Assembly (NCBI GenBank): GCA_022813865.1
Contig: JALDZX010000004.1
Span: 62,001 to 126,000, forward strand
Length of the DNA stretch: 64,000 nucleotides
Origin: Xylographa opegraphella
Lineage: Eukaryota
Direction: 5' to 3'
Shown here: positions 39,748 to 53,043 of the stretch, piece after piece
Position numbering within the stretch: position 1 is the stretch's first letter
Layout: each line of letters starts with the position of its first letter
Notes under the pieces: generated by a model
Told to the model about the DNA's origin: nothing
What the model saw: only the letters and a program-made list of their open reading frames with translations
The model's database searches: none
Translations under genes and position numbers: made by a program

Positions 39748-42700
39748 ATGGCGGTTGCAGTCCAACTTGCGGCGATGGGTGCCAATACAAGATCTGATAT
39801 CCACCCTTTTTTCACGGGGATAAGAAGTAAGGGCAGTCGGCTCGATCCTCCAACTGAGAACACCGTGTCCTTCGTTGCCAATTCTCAGGTTGAGCTCAGA
39901 TCCCCTGCGAATAGTGCGCAGTCTTTGAGAGACCCACAGCTCAGGCAGACCCAGCGTGCCGGAAATACTTCCGCTGGGCAGTATTCTCAGAACACTTCCT
40001 TGATACAGAATCGCAATCCCCTTAACCTTCTAGACCGGGTGGTAACCACTGGGCCACAGCAATCTTCTCGGCACACAGAAAGAGCATACAAGGAGACGAG
40101 AGAAAATCCCAAAATCAATTTGACTATTGGTCACTCAAACGACGGATCACAGCCGACAGGTGAAAATGGTGAAAGTCTGTTCATGCATGGTTCATCTCCC
40201 GATGTCGAGATTGACCCGAACGGAGACCGCAGGAAACGACGTCGTACTGCCTCTGTGGAGCTTGACCGGTCTGTTGAGGGCATTGATACACCAAAAACAT
40301 GGGAAGAGCAATTGCGGGCAGCCGCCAGTTCTACATTGGCTCCGAAAGATAGAGAACGAGATCAATTATCCCACATCGATGAAGATCTGAACACACGACT
40401 TCATCCAGGCCCAGCTTTTCCTCTTTCACATGACAAATCAAATAAAGCGCAGGCTGTGGAAGTTTCGACCTCGCTAGATAGATCAACCATAGCAGGTCGT
40501 GGAAATCCATCAGCAATGAACGGAACGCCGAAAAAGAAAATGCTCAAACTCCATAACGATGGCAGACTAGCATCCCCCACGTCACGAAAAGTTGTGGATA
40601 TCAGCAGACCAGATGCCAAACCTAGGGGGAGAAGAAAAAAGGAGACGTCTTCCACCAAAATCCTGGTACTGAGCTATGGTAGTGATTCTGCTACAAAGGC
40701 ATCAATTGCCCAACGCATCAACATCATTCTTGAGAGTCCCATAGCTAGCAAGGAATTGTCACGAAGTACCGGTGTCTCAGATGTTGTTCCACAACCAAAT
40801 GTCGCTACAAAAGTGACACATCCGTTCTTCCTCGGTAAGGTCGCTCGACAAAGTGTCATTGATGTAAATCACAATACAGAGTCAGCTATTGCTGAAGATG
40901 AAGGTCCGCCTAAAGATTCTAAAAGCGCCAGTCCAAGGAAGAAAGTCAGCACAGTGACGCCTACTGTTGCAAACGCATGGGCAGCAATTGCTGAACATGG
41001 ATTTGCTACAGAAGCGAGGGCCACCTCAAGAATGATGCGATTTGCTGGTGCAATGGAACCTCTTTGGCCCCCTAGAGGTCTGCAGCATTGTCGTGGATTA
41101 ACTGCAGAGCCTCCTGTCATGCACACAAGGTCCTCCGGAATTCTCGTAACGGAACAGAGGCGTTTCAAAACTAGTGAACCACAGATACATCCTGGTGAAA
41201 GCATACTAGATATTTGTCGCAGAGCATACTATGGATTTACGAAACACGGCGACTGGACTGTAGTGAGCAGTCGATCAAGAATCCTTCGTAAGCCATATAG
41301 GCGGCTGATGACTGGTCTTGAATTGCAAGCTGCCATGCGGTCTAGACTTGTTACGTGGAATCCGCCTGCTGCGAACGCTACCAGCGCTGCACATGTGGAC
41401 TCCAATGTTTTCCATGATGGGGTAATGGATAGTGTGCAGCGATTATCGTCGCATCACAGTGCTCTTGATCACCTTTACGGAAGCCTAGCAACATCACTTA
41501 GTGGATTTGACAGGTTTGAATGCGAAACTCGCGATTGGACTTCGAAGTACATGCCGCGTGATGCTGCTAGCGTTTTGCAGCAAAGCTCAGAGGTTACTCT
41601 TCTACGTGATTGGTTGAAGAGCTTGACTGTAATGTCTGTAAACAATGGCACTAGTGATTGTCAAAAATCCAGGGAAACCTCCATAACGTCCAAGAGGTTG
41701 CTTGCCAAACGCAAGAAGAGAAGAAAAATGGCAGAATATTTAGAGGATTTCGTCGTGTCTAGTGACAGTGAAGTTGACAGGACAGACGAGCTTGCACAAC
41801 CGGACGCAAATCCGTCAATCGATGTTGCGTTAAGAAGTGCAATAATAAGGAATGAGGATAGAGCAGAATTCTCTGGACAAACTGGTGTCACACCTGTGAT
41901 TGCAAATGCAGTCGTCATCAGTGGCCCTCACGGGTGCGGTAAGACGGCTGCTGTTTACGCAGTAGCACAAGAATTAGGATTCGAAGTGTTTGAAATTAAT
42001 GCGGGAAGTCGCCGGAGTGGCAGAGATGTTCTGGACCGAGTTGGAGATATGACCAAGAATCATCTAGTACAAAAAGCTACGCATACAGACAAGATGGAGG
42101 ATGCCGAAGCACTACAGAATGCAGCTCTTCAGGAAGACATCAGCTCGGGCCACCAGAGCACTATGCAGTCCTTCTTAAAGCAGGACAACAAGAGCAAGTC
42201 AACGTTTAAGTCTCGTAGTAAAGCGAAAGAGGTAGAGCCGAAAGCTCAGGTGTCGCCCAAGAAGAGAAATCATCAAAAGCAGTCGTTGATACTTTTGGAG
42301 GAGGTTGATATCCTCTTTGATGAAGATAAGCTGTTCTGGACCACTGTTCTTAGTCTTATTCTCCAGTCTCGACGGCCCATAATCATGACCTGTACTGACG
42401 AGAGTCTTCTACCGCTGGATGACATGCTCCTTCATGCCATATTCCACTTCGTCCCTCCCCCGGACGATCTGGCTACTGACTACCTCATGCTTGTGGCAGG
42501 CAACGAAGGACACTTATTATCTCGAGAATCAATAGCCACTCTCTACCGAGCGAAGCAACGCGACGTCAGAGCGTCTATTACAGAATTAAATTTCTGGTGT
42601 CAGATGGCAGTTGGAGACGCCAAAGGGGGCTTAGAATGGATGTTGATCAGAGCCAATGCCGACGAAAGTCACAATAAGCAAGGTCAGGCACTACGTGTTG

Positions 42701-43770
42701 TAAGTGACGGGACCTATGTGCCATACATGGGATTCCTCGGTCGTGATCGGATCGATGATAGCACAGACGACACTATGTCACGGGAGATTAAGGTTTTAGC
42801 AGAGGCTTCGGACGCATGGGATCACACTGTTGAAGAATGGTATCAGCTTCTCGATGATGATTCTTTGTTCTCCCATTCGAGCCTCACGTCGAGGCAGCGG
42901 TCGTTGCAAATGCTTGATGATTGCGTTCTCAACTTTGATGCTCAAAGTGCGGCGGATGTACTGCAGGGCTTTGGTTTGCGCCCTGACCACATTGTGATAT
43001 TTTCTCCCACACTTCCAGGTAAAACTGGCTGACTGATACAGACACCGCTTGACGCTACCGAACCGGAATTAACAGACACAGCACGATCCAACTACACCGA
43101 GGGCTTCCACGTTCTTCAAGCTGAGCCTCGGAAGGATCAAACCTGTCTAAGTCAACTGATACCACTCGCAATCAAGGCATGCTCGAAGAAGGTCATCAGT
43201 GAAAGTGTCGGCGACGCGGCCACTCACTTCAATGCAGACGTCCTATGCCAGCATATCACTCGCGCCCGAAGCGAAGGGTCTCGTCATCCCTTCGTCGCTC
43301 CGATGGCTGGCCTGATCGGAGTCGCATTGAAGTCTCTGGAGGAACCGTCGAAGCGCTCGTCGCTCCACGCTGCTTCATCTCAAGCCGCAGTTCCCGGTGC
43401 TTCGCTTTCCAGCATCGTATGCGATATCGCGCCCTACGTCCGCTCGATCGTACGCTACGACATCTGCCTGGAAGAACGACGCGTCCGGCTGAGTGACCTT
43501 CTCTCCCATGGCGGCCGTAGCGGTAAACCAAGGCGGACGCGGGCCAGTCGCGCGGCTCTGGAAGGAGGGAGCAAGGCGCATACCCGTCGGGAACGGTGGT
43601 TTCCCAAGAGCACCAACTTCGGTTTGGTTCTGCAGACGGGCGGTGAAGAGTGGCAGCGGGCGGGCGCGACGGCTTCGCAACAGCAAAGCAAGCAGAGCGA
43701 TGAGGATGGCATGGTAAGTGGGGGTACTTCGAGGAGGTCGTCCATCGACACCGGAAGCAGTGAAGCTTAA
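39748..43770 (+). CDS. ELG1: Elg1/ATAD5 RFC-like clamp-unloader AAA+ ATPase, 2 exons
   Basis: W..KY.P, Walker A GPHGCGKT, LGFEVFEINAGSRRSG, LILLEEVDILF.ED..FW, DIAPYVRSIV, RRTRASRAALEGG; intron ~42993-43040. Confidence 0.9.
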
Positions 43771-44387
43771 GGCTCCCCTCCGGCCCGTTGCACACGAATG
43801 AGGGAATCTGGCACCATCTACGGGCTTCCGAGGAGTGCTTGGCAGGTGTCTTTCAGGTTGTTCACCGTCGCACAGAGCAGGAGGTTGTGCTCCCACGACA
43901 GCATCTAGCGTTTATCTCTTCACGATCATGTACACGCATTTCGCACTGAAGAGGCGCGCTCGCAGATAGGCTTTGAAGCAACGACCTAGCTATTCATATC
44001 ATGCATATCATACCGGACCTATCGCATGAAGCAATCTCCTCCTTGTGAGACATTGAAGAAGGGTACCTCGCCGCTGAAGTAAATTGCTTCGGCAGAATAC
44101 AGCAGCTCTGCCCAATGGTTTGGGGGCCAGAGTCAAGAGAGCGAACGGGTGGGAGACATTCTATTCGGAGAACGGGACCCTGATCGTTAAACGAGAGCCT
44201 TCCGTAGGATTGCCTTAAGGCGAAAACCGTCGGCCCGAAGCAGATATCGAATCCTTTAAGGTAAGGTACCTTACATAATGAGCCTTCCAGAAGTGATGAT
44301 TACTTGATCGCCACGGAGCCTTAGAATAAGGTACCTAATGCCCAGTCCATAAGGTACCTAAGAGCGCAAGAGAGCGCGAAGGTGTGA

Positions 44388-44440
44388 ATAAGTGAGTGAG
44401 TGAAGAAGTGAGTGAGTGAAGAAGTGAGTGGGCGAGTGAG
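44388..44440. repeat. Short compound repeat (aagtgagtgagtgaag)n upstream of the phospholipase gene
   Basis: Directly visible gtga-rich tandem units. Confidence 0.7.
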
Positions 44441-44821
44441 GGGTCACCTCGGCGCCAACCTTCCCGACCGGGGCATGGCGCCAAGCCATCTGCCCCCACT
44501 GGGCCGTTCCCAGACATGGTAAGCGAGGGCAGCGGTGTTCCTCGACCAGGCTTTGCATCCACGTGGGGAAGAAGGCAAAACCTTTTGAAAGTTTCTTCTG
44601 GCAGGTCCGCGTCCATCCTTGTCGTGGCTGCATGTCAGTCGCGCGGGGCGATGTCCTGAAGACGACTCTGCGTCCGATCTACTTACTAGCATAGACTAAG
44701 GTACCCTCGAACGAGTGGAAAACAGATACATATAGCACCATGTCTTCCCCCACCATGAAGAGCTTTGGTGCGCGTCCGTCTCTTCCTCCAGCCGCACACT
44801 CTATCCTCGTCCTCGCCAGCC

Positions 44822-46719
44822 ATGTTGCCCACTCTCCTCTTCGTCACCGCGCTCCTACTTTCCGCCTGCGCCGCGGTCGCAGTGCCCAAACGAGCATTGC
44901 CATCAGGCTACGCTCCGCGGAAAGCGAACTGCCCGTCGACTCCGCTGGTCCGTCCTGCAACTTGCCTCTCGAGCGAGGAGACGGCGTACATCGCCCACCG
45001 AACAGGCCCGGCACAGAAGGCCTTGGCGGCTTGGTTGAAGAAGACCAATGCCGCGTTCAATACCTCGTCGCTGCCGACCGTCGCGCTCACCACCAGCGGA
45101 GGCGGTTATCGGTCGTTGCTGGCGGGCGCCGGTGTGATTCAAGGGCTGGATGCACGAGATAGCAGTGTTGGCACGAGCGGGCTGTTTCAGGGCTTGACAT
45201 ATCAAGCAGGGCTTTCAGGTTCGTTGCGTGCCTCTCCTTTGGGTGACTTGATTCTGCTTGCTCTTCATCCGATTCGCACTTCAATGGCTGTGATAGACTC
45301 ATACTTGGCGCACTCAATTGTTGCTGCCACCATTGACTTACCTATGCGAGAATGTGGAAGGGTGTTAATGTGAGAAACAGGAGGAGCTTGGCTTTTGTCG
45401 TCTTTTGCGGGAAACAACTACCCCACAATATCATCCCTCAAAACGAATCTATGGACCCAAGCTTTCGAAGACAGCCTTCTCCTACCCGAGTACCTGCTTG
45501 CCGCTCTTGCCTACCTCGAAGTAACCAATGATATCCTCGCCAAAGAATCCGCCGGATTTCCACCGACACTGACCGACCCCTGGGGCCGCCTCCTCTCGTA
45601 CCAGCTCTTGAACGGGTTCGACGGCGGCGTGCTCGATACTCTCTCTGGTATCACCCGCCTCTCGAACTTCACTTCCTATGCGGTTCCATATCCAATCATC
45701 ACCAGTCTCGCTGTGAAGACTTTTGAAGGCGAATGCCTCCCCGGCCCCAACGCTACGCAAATGGAGCTCCATCCCTACGAGTTCGGCAGCTGGGACAACC
45801 AGCTCAGCGCCTTCACTCAAACCGAGTATCTCGGCACCTCCCTCTCTAACGGCGTCCCCACCACAGACTCCTGTATCGTCAATTACGACAACCTCGGCTA
45901 CGTCCTCGGCACATCCTCCAACCTCTTCAACGAAGCCTGCACCATCATCCCCTCGGCCACGAACCTCTCCACCAGCCTGACGGGCGACCTCGCCGCCATC
46001 GTCTCATCCGCGCACGCGCTGTCCACGCGCGACGAGTACGCCGTCTACCCCAATCCGTTCTTCGCGTACCCGCGCTCCACGCTGTACGAGTCGCAGACGG
46101 ACCTCTTCCTCGTCGACGGCGGCGAGGCGCTGCAGAACAACCCGATCTGGCCGCTCATCCAGCCCGCCCGCGCCGTGGACGTCATCCTCGTGAACGACAA
46201 CTCCGCCGACACGAGCAACAACTTTCCCAACGGCAGCGAGATCCTCACCACCTACGTGCAGTCCCTCTCCGCCGGCTTGACCAAGATGCCCGTCATCCCC
46301 TCCGTCGACACCTTCATCGCCCAGGGCTTGAACAAACGGCCCACCTTCTTCGGCTGCAACGATAAAACGAAGACGACTATCATCTATGTCCCGAACGTCA
46401 ACTACACCTTCCCGAGCAACGAGCCGACGGCGAAGCTGCAGTACGCGCCCAATGAGACGAGTGGTAAGTCGCCCCCAAAGCGTCCTCTTCCCCATTCCCG
46501 AAGGGGGGAGGTAGAGCGAAAGTAAGATACGGCACATAGCTAACGCCTCTGTTTTCTTTTGTTCTTTTCCTAGGCATGATCGCAAACGGCGTCGAGATCA
46601 TCAACAAGAACGGCGATCCCATGTGGCCGACGTGCTTGGGCTGCGGCATCATGAAGAAGAAGGCCACGGCGCTGCCGGCTGCTTGCGCGGCGTGCTTTAC
46701 GGAGTATTGCTATAATTGA
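44822..46719 (+). CDS. Secreted lysophospholipase / phospholipase B, 3 exons
   Basis: Signal peptide MLPTLLFVTALLLSACAA, SGGGYRS, GLSG|GAWL, PYEFGSWD, LVDGGE, PTFFGC, WPTCLGC; no GPI-type tail. Confidence 0.93.
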
Positions 46720-47195
46720 GGGGTTAGAAGGAGGGGGGGTGATGGGGATGGGGGATGGGGGATTTTCATCGTAGTGTCATGAATGGGATGGTTTTGGAGG
46801 AAAAGCGGGAGGGGGGGTTTAGTAGGTGGTGAGGGATGTTGGATATGATGGCATGATGGCATATGTACATACGGAATGGAAATATAACGCATATCATGTA
46901 TATCATCTCCATCGCGGTTTCTTGATTGGACGCGGAATTCCACATGAGACTCCCAAGAACTGTGGAAACCGCAGCACGATATCCATTTCAACCAGCTAGG
47001 GTCTATAGCCGGAAGCACAACAACGCTATATGCCGAAACCCGGACCCGGAAGCCAAACTTTGCGGAACAACACGCCAGTCGGCCACACACACACATCCCA
47101 TCCTCCTCCGAACCCTCCCCTCCGCTCTGCTACCTATCCAGCCAGCCACATCGAAAAAGTACCCCCCTCCTCCCCCCCCCCCCTAGAGCAACCAG

Positions 47196-48452
47196 CTACA
47201 CGCGCTGCACAACCCACGGCCGAAGCACGCGCGAAGCCTCACACTCGGCAAAGCCGAGATCGATCCCGATGACCGGCTCGGCGTGGAAGTCGTCCTTGGC
47301 CGTGAAGAGCGTGAAGCCGTCGAACGCGGCCTGGAGCGTATTTCGTAAGTAAGTAAGGTAATATACCTTGTCTAAGAATACAACGCCTTCCACGAGCAGG
47401 GAGTGGGGGGGTTTACTTACCCGCAGCGTACGGGCAAAAGCCTGCGTGCCCGGCGCCATCATCTCATTCGCCGCGACGGTGACGAGCATCTCGCCCACGA
47501 CGCCCTCGACGGCGCGCCACCAGGCGGTATCCGTCTGGGAGGGATCGTTCCAGCGGTCCGTGGCGCCGCCGCCGAGGTAGTTGCCCAGCCAGAGCCTGAT
47601 CGTGCGCGCGGGCGCCGGGTCCTGCCGGTCCGAGGGGTAGTCGGTGGCGAAGCTGGCGATGGGGCTGACGGCGAAGGCGGCGCGCAGCGGGGCCGGGAGG
47701 GGCAGGGGCCGGATGGCCGGGTGCGGGTGCAGCAGGTGCGAGAGCACGCCGAGGACCATGTTGCCACCGGCGGAGTCGCCGCCGAGGATGATGTGGCTGG
47801 GGGGTTTTTGGAGCGCCGTCACGGCGTGGCGGAGCAGGTCGACGCATTGCGTGAGTTGGTGCGGGTAGTGCTTCGTGGGCGCGAGGTCGTACTGCAGGAC
47901 GAGGACGGCGAGGGATCTGCCGGCCGCGGCGGCGGAGGCGACGAGCGCGGCGGCGAAGGAGAAGTGCCCGGATGAGCCGGGCATGCCCCAGCCGCCGCCG
48001 TGGAAGTAGAGCATCGTAGTCGAGGCGGCGGGGTCGCCGATCCAGAAGGCCGTGGTGGCTTGCTTTGGGAGGGTGAGGCTCTGGGGACGGATGCCGTGGG
48101 ACTGGGTCCATGCTGCGTAGTTCGTCGCTGTGGAGCCGCGGATGAATCTGGGAGATAACTGTCAACGGTTGGTGCTAGGTGGATGGGGTGCTGGCCCCCT
48201 ACTGCATCTGCTGCGGCGACAGGCGGCCGATGACGTTGCGGCCTAGTGTCAGGTAGATGTGCCGCTTGAAGCTTTTCGGGGTGTCTGGGCCACGGAAAGG
48301 CGCGAGGATGGCGGCGGCGAGGGTTGTGATCACTGTGAGGCTTTAGAGTGGGTGGGGAGGAACAATGATGCGGGGGGTCACCGACGACTCTGGATGATGG
48401 CAAGGAATATGTCGATCTTCTGCCAGACGCTGATGCTATTGTTGGAAGCCAT
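47196..48452 (-). CDS. Alpha/beta hydrolase fold-3 (HSL-type/Say1-like esterase), multi-exon
   Basis: YFHGGG oxyanion motif, GDSAGG nucleophile, C-terminal FH; likely ATG at 48452 (MASNNSISVWQKID). Confidence 0.85.
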
Positions 48453-49487
48453 TGCTGTGATAAGTGTCGGCTGCGGGGTGGGTGTTGGGATAATATACCA
48501 ATCAAAGCCGTCAAAACAGTACATGCAGAGCTCAGCGAGTAAGGGAAGCCATCACCAGCGAGTGGTCTGCTTAAAGCACGAATGAAGAAAGCTGCAAATG
48601 AGAGATAGAACATCGAGGGCAATACGCAGAATAAGTACTCTGGCACGGCACGAGAGAATATGCCCAACAGCTTCGACTGCACGACCGCATTGTCGATGGT
48701 CGGCAAACCCTAAGTCCCAGCCCTAGACCAGATAAAGCAATAAGCCGCGCCATTCGCATGCTAGGCTCAATCTGGCACTGTCGTGCGCCTACTTACCTTT
48801 GCTAGATACGGAATACTGAGCGAAAACAAGGCGCAGAGATAGATATGACGGTCCAGCGTATAGCTGTCAGGCCACAAAGGATACTATGACCCGTGCCATG
48901 ATAGGGCCATTCATATGCTATACCGGATCCGATACCATTGTGCGCCGTATACCCTGATTCGCCCCATGTGGCAGGAAGTTTCACATGCAAGCGAGCGAGT
49001 GGCTGAGTCTGCTCGGAACAGGGTATACGTAAAGTATGTAGCGCGGGCTGACAAGCTCCGGTGTGAACCACAGGACGTTCCATCTCCAACGGTGCACGTT
49101 ATTGAATTGAGACAAGGGAAGCGTATTCGAAGGCCTGATTTCAGCAGACATAAATCATCCATGTAAATGTGGTTGCCTGGCGCTCCCTGTTTCTACTCCG
49201 CTGTACGCGTCCCTGTACATACGGCGAAGCGAAACCTAATTGTCGAAGCGTTACCGTACTCGGTCAAGGGCGACCGTTGTTGTCGCCCTGCAGCCCCGAA
49301 GTATCCGCAGAACGTTGAAAGGCTCACGAGCTGAACCGCCTTCTTACGTAGCATGCTATCGTGCTGGGTCCATTTGCATTAACCGAGGAGCGACGGGCTA
49401 ACGGTGATCCTCAACATATATACTGCTACACTGGACCCCCCCCCAATCGTCTCCTCGCAAAATCCCAGGAATCCGAATTCTGCAATC

Positions 49488-50555
49488 ATGGCGGCCCCTG
49501 CTTCTATCCCGACCACAATGCGCGCCCAGCAGTGGACGAGTATTCCCACAACCCTCTCCGCAGCCCTTCGCCTCAACACGTCCGCGCCTGTCACGTCCAA
49601 GCCGCTAAAGCCGGATCAGGTATTGGTCCACGTGCACTACAGCTCACTCAATCCCGTGGACTACAAGATCCCCGAGTTCCCCCTCGTTGGCCGTCTCGCC
49701 ATCTCCAAACCCGCGATACCATGTGTCGACTTCTGCGGCACAGTCGCCGCTGCTGGCTCGGGCCGCCAGGACCTGAGCCCGGGACAGTGGGTGTTCGGCA
49801 TGCTCGACCTGCCGGCGTTTGGCGCCTGTGCCGAGTACGTTGTCGCCAGTAACAAGGAAGGCTGCGTGGCGCTCCCCGATGGCGTGAAGCCAGAAGAGGC
49901 GGCCACTATCGGAGTTGCCGGACTGACCGCATATCTATCCCTCATTCCACATCTCTCGAAAATTGTGAAGACGAGCAATGACAGCCAGCCCAGGGTTTTC
50001 ATCAATGGTGGTAGCGGCGGTACCGGCATCTATGCCATTCAGATCGCCAAAGCCAAGGGCTGTTTCGTTGCCACGACGTGTTCGGCGCGCAACGTTGAGC
50101 TCTGTTACCAGCTGGGGGCAGACCAAGTCATTGATTACACAAAACAGGATGTCGTGGCGGCATTGGAGAAGATTGCGCAATCCCAGGGCGGCCCCTTTGA
50201 CCTCGTGGTCGATAACGTCGGTGGCGCCACGCCCGTCTACTGGCAATCGCATCGCTATCTCACACCGACGGGGAAATTTGTGGCGGTCGGGGGAGATCCC
50301 AGTCTACAGGGTGTGGTCGACTTTGCCAAGATATTCCTGTGGCCCCGATTCCTTGGTGGCGGTCAAAGGAAATATGTGATTTTCTCGGCCGTGGCGAATG
50401 CGGAAGGGTACCGTGTCGTTGCGGAGATGTTGGCTGAGGGGAAGGTGCGAGTCGTGATTGAGGAGATCTATGGCCTTGAGGATCTCGGAAGGGCTTTCGA
50501 GCGATTGAAGACGGGGAGGGTGCGTGGAAAGCTGGTGATTAAGGTAACTGAATGA
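49488..50555 (+). CDS. MDR-superfamily NAD(P)H oxidoreductase (RTN4IP1/Yim1-like)
   Basis: SLNPVDYK, DFCG.V, GACAEY, INGGSGGTG, LGADQVIDY, GRVRGKLVI. Confidence 0.9.
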   Translation: MAAPASIPTTMRAQQWTSIPTTLSAALRLNTSAPVTSKPLKPDQVLVHVHYSSLNPVDYKIPEFPLVGRLAISKPAIPCVDFCGTVAAAGSGRQDLSPGQWVFGMLDLPAFGACAEYVVASNKEGCVALPDGVKPEEAATIGVAGLTAYLSLIPHLSKIVKTSNDSQPRVFINGGSGGTGIYAIQIAKAKGCFVATTCSARNVELCYQLGADQVIDYTKQDVVAALEKIAQSQGGPFDLVVDNVGGATPVYWQSHRYLTPTGKFVAVGGDPSLQGVVDFAKIFLWPRFLGGGQRKYVIFSAVANAEGYRVVAEMLAEGKVRVVIEEIYGLEDLGRAFERLKTGRVRGKLVIKVTE

Positions 50556-51672
50556 TCCCCAATGGGCTGGTAAAACACCTCTTGGTAGTCTATAGGGAGG
50601 ATCGGTAATGAGGCCTTGGCGCAAGTACTGTTTTTCTTTCCGGGGTCTCGATCGATTCAAAGACGCCAAAACAGTCCTTTGAACGATTTATACATTAAAC
50701 GCGGTATGGAAGCTCCAGTGGATATAAGGTTGACACTATTAAGTCCACACTGACAAGTAATATGCGTACATACCTCCTCGCACGAAACATAAGTAAGAAG
50801 CGGTCGTCCCACACCGTACCCTAAACCCATCACATTTCACTGCCCCAGGAAGTTCCTTCAGACGCGAGAGAAACGATTTGTAAGAACGATAGATTCCGGC
50901 CACTCTACCACTTCAAGGACTATCCCATAATTCCCCTTAGGCTATCGCCGAAAGCTCTAATTCGCGAATCATTTGCTGTCGCCAATTCACATTCGACTGC
51001 AGATCATGCCGGTGATCCTACCTGTTTATCCCTTAGATCTCTGCCCACCTACCAATCGACACGATATTTCGAAGCCTGAGTGACAATTGGGCTATCGTCG
51101 AATGCGCCGGACTGTTTGATATGACTAGTAGGCAGAGTCTATCGAGCCCTTCCGTCCCGTGATGCACGAATGTTCGACGTTGAGAGGCTGCGAGTGGCCC
51201 GCTATCATTCTTTCAGCGAGCCAGTTTTTCCGAAGGGGTTGCGTTATGCCAGCAAAGACGTCTTCCTCTGCGATATGAGCACAGTGAATGGCCTAGCGTA
51301 TTAGGACTGAAGCAGCATGGAGTCGCTATGGCAGGACCCACGAAGCTGGTGGAAGTATTGCACTCCTTACGAGCTTTGTCCAGACCCGCTCAGCACTTTT
51401 ATGAACTTGCGTCGTAACATCTACCGTTTTAATTGATGATCGTTCGAACCTCCACGTTTCGCATCTGCCACCATAAGATAATCAGAAGGCGGACAGTCTT
51501 ATAAGATTATGGAATTCCAAATAAATCCGAGGAGAAATGGTTGGCACGAACAGGCACACCGTAGTGGCCTTGACTCGAATTTGGATCCCATACTACCTTT
51601 GCGATTATAAGGGCTCTCGAGCGGAAACGAACTAATGGTTAAGTTGCCAGTCGACCGTGCGTTCGATGTGGT

Positions 51673-53043
51673 CTAATCACTGATTGATATACTACTCATA
51701 TATCCTAAGACAAGTTGTACGAATTTGTTTGATGACTGTAAGCTTCTAAGCAAGTCCAGCTCTGGATCAGTAGATAGTCCACTCGTGGTGAAGTAGCTCA
51801 TAGCAGCGCCCAACGCGTCAGCAGCTTGTTCTGCAGCCCAGAGGCCCATCTCAGGCCGGAAAACCAAAGGCGCAACTCTGATGATGCTGGAAGCGAAGTG
51901 ACGGGGATTGAACCATGAGGGCAAAGTGACACTGGTTCCAGTCCCCAATTCGGATAAGAGAGCGACTGTCTGCTCCGTCTTATAAGAGAAAAGTAGGGAA
52001 GCAAGCCAGTACCGATTCGCGGTCAACAACATGGAAACACCACACGCTGAGCTCACGGAGAGGAAAGTGATCATGTTGTCTTCAGTGTTTTGGCCGCTGA
52101 GCTCACAGCAGACCGCACGTGCTTTATGCTCCCACTCCTGAAATGCCTTAGCCTCCCCGATGCAGTCGTCGATTACTCCACGTAAGAGCTGGTCCAAGTC
52201 ATCGTAGGCACTGCCAACCTCTATACACTTTGAAACGAGATTTTGCCTTTGTAACAAGGATGGCAGTCGACAAATAATTTTAAATAGCTCGTCCTCGAGA
52301 GTCGTCGGCAGATCCTCATGCCACAATAGGTCAGGACGGTGTTGTGTGATCGCGATTCGGATACCCAAATAACGCACAATGTTGCGCAGACTAGGTCCCA
52401 AACGTTGGGCAGCGGACTCGGCACCACGCAATTGAAAGATCCGATTCATGCCTTCCAAATGTATCTGCCTGTTGCCGGCACGCTGAAAATTTGTTGTCCC
52501 AGCATCTGGTCTGAAAATTTCGCAGACTGCAAGAAATCTACACGCAGCCAATACTGCATCGCTCCTCATTGGTGTTTGACCACCCAAGGCGTGCTTTAGT
52601 TCTTGGAGCGCCCTGCCATAGAGCCGCATGCTTGGTAAGCGAAGGCTGCTTTCGTCCTCAGCACCGCTAAGGCACGTGAATGAACAGGCTCTCATAGCAG
52701 CACGAAGCGTTTTATCGCGAGTTGATAGAGCTTGTAGCATTGCCACATGTCGAGCGAAATTCATAGAGGTGGTTCGTTGTGATGGCTGTCCAGCAGATCG
52801 AGGCATCCAGCACGACCAGAAGGCGTCGTCTGTTTGGATATCCCAGGAAGTCATCTCGAGTGACCTTGACGACACGCTTGACGTCAATGGTTGAAGACCG
52901 TTGACGAAGATATATACTCGTTCCGGATACGTACAAGGAAACCGACTACGAGCACAGCTTCCACAGACTGGCCGTGTCCCATCGCAACCTTTTTTCCGAC
53001 TTTTGCATCTCTGACAGCTCTTTGAGCGTGGTACGGCAACCAT
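51673..53043 (-). CDS. Zn(II)2Cys6 transcription factor
   Basis: CQRCKSRKKGCDGTRPVCGSCARSRFPC at the N-terminus, followed by a fungal TF middle region (LYGRALQEL, HLEG..RI). Confidence 0.88.
   Translation of the reverse strand: MVAVPRSKSCQRCKSRKKGCDGTRPVCGSCARSRFPCTYPERVYIFVNGLQPLTSSVSSRSLEMTSWDIQTDDAFWSCWMPRSAGQPSQRTTSMNFARHVAMLQALSTRDKTLRAAMRACSFTCLSGAEDESSLRLPSMRLYGRALQELKHALGGQTPMRSDAVLAACRFLAVCEIFRPDAGTTNFQRAGNRQIHLEGMNRIFQLRGAESAAQRLGPSLRNIVRYLGIRIAITQHRPDLLWHEDLPTTLEDELFKIICRLPSLLQRQNLVSKCIEVGSAYDDLDQLLRGVIDDCIGEAKAFQEWEHKARAVCCELSGQNTEDNMITFLSVSSACGVSMLLTANRYWLASLLFSYKTEQTVALLSELGTGTSVTLPSWFNPRHFASSIIRVAPLVFRPEMGLWAAEQAADALGAAMSYFTTSGLSTDPELDLLRSLQSSNKFVQLVLGYMSSISISD

Noticed and set aside
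47464..48706. Overlapping 233-aa and 295-aa minus-strand ORFs
   Set aside because: Alternative frames of the GC-rich esterase gene.
48706..48713. AACCCTAA as a telomerase RNA template
   Set aside because: A single 8-mer just upstream of the esterase, with no supporting structure.
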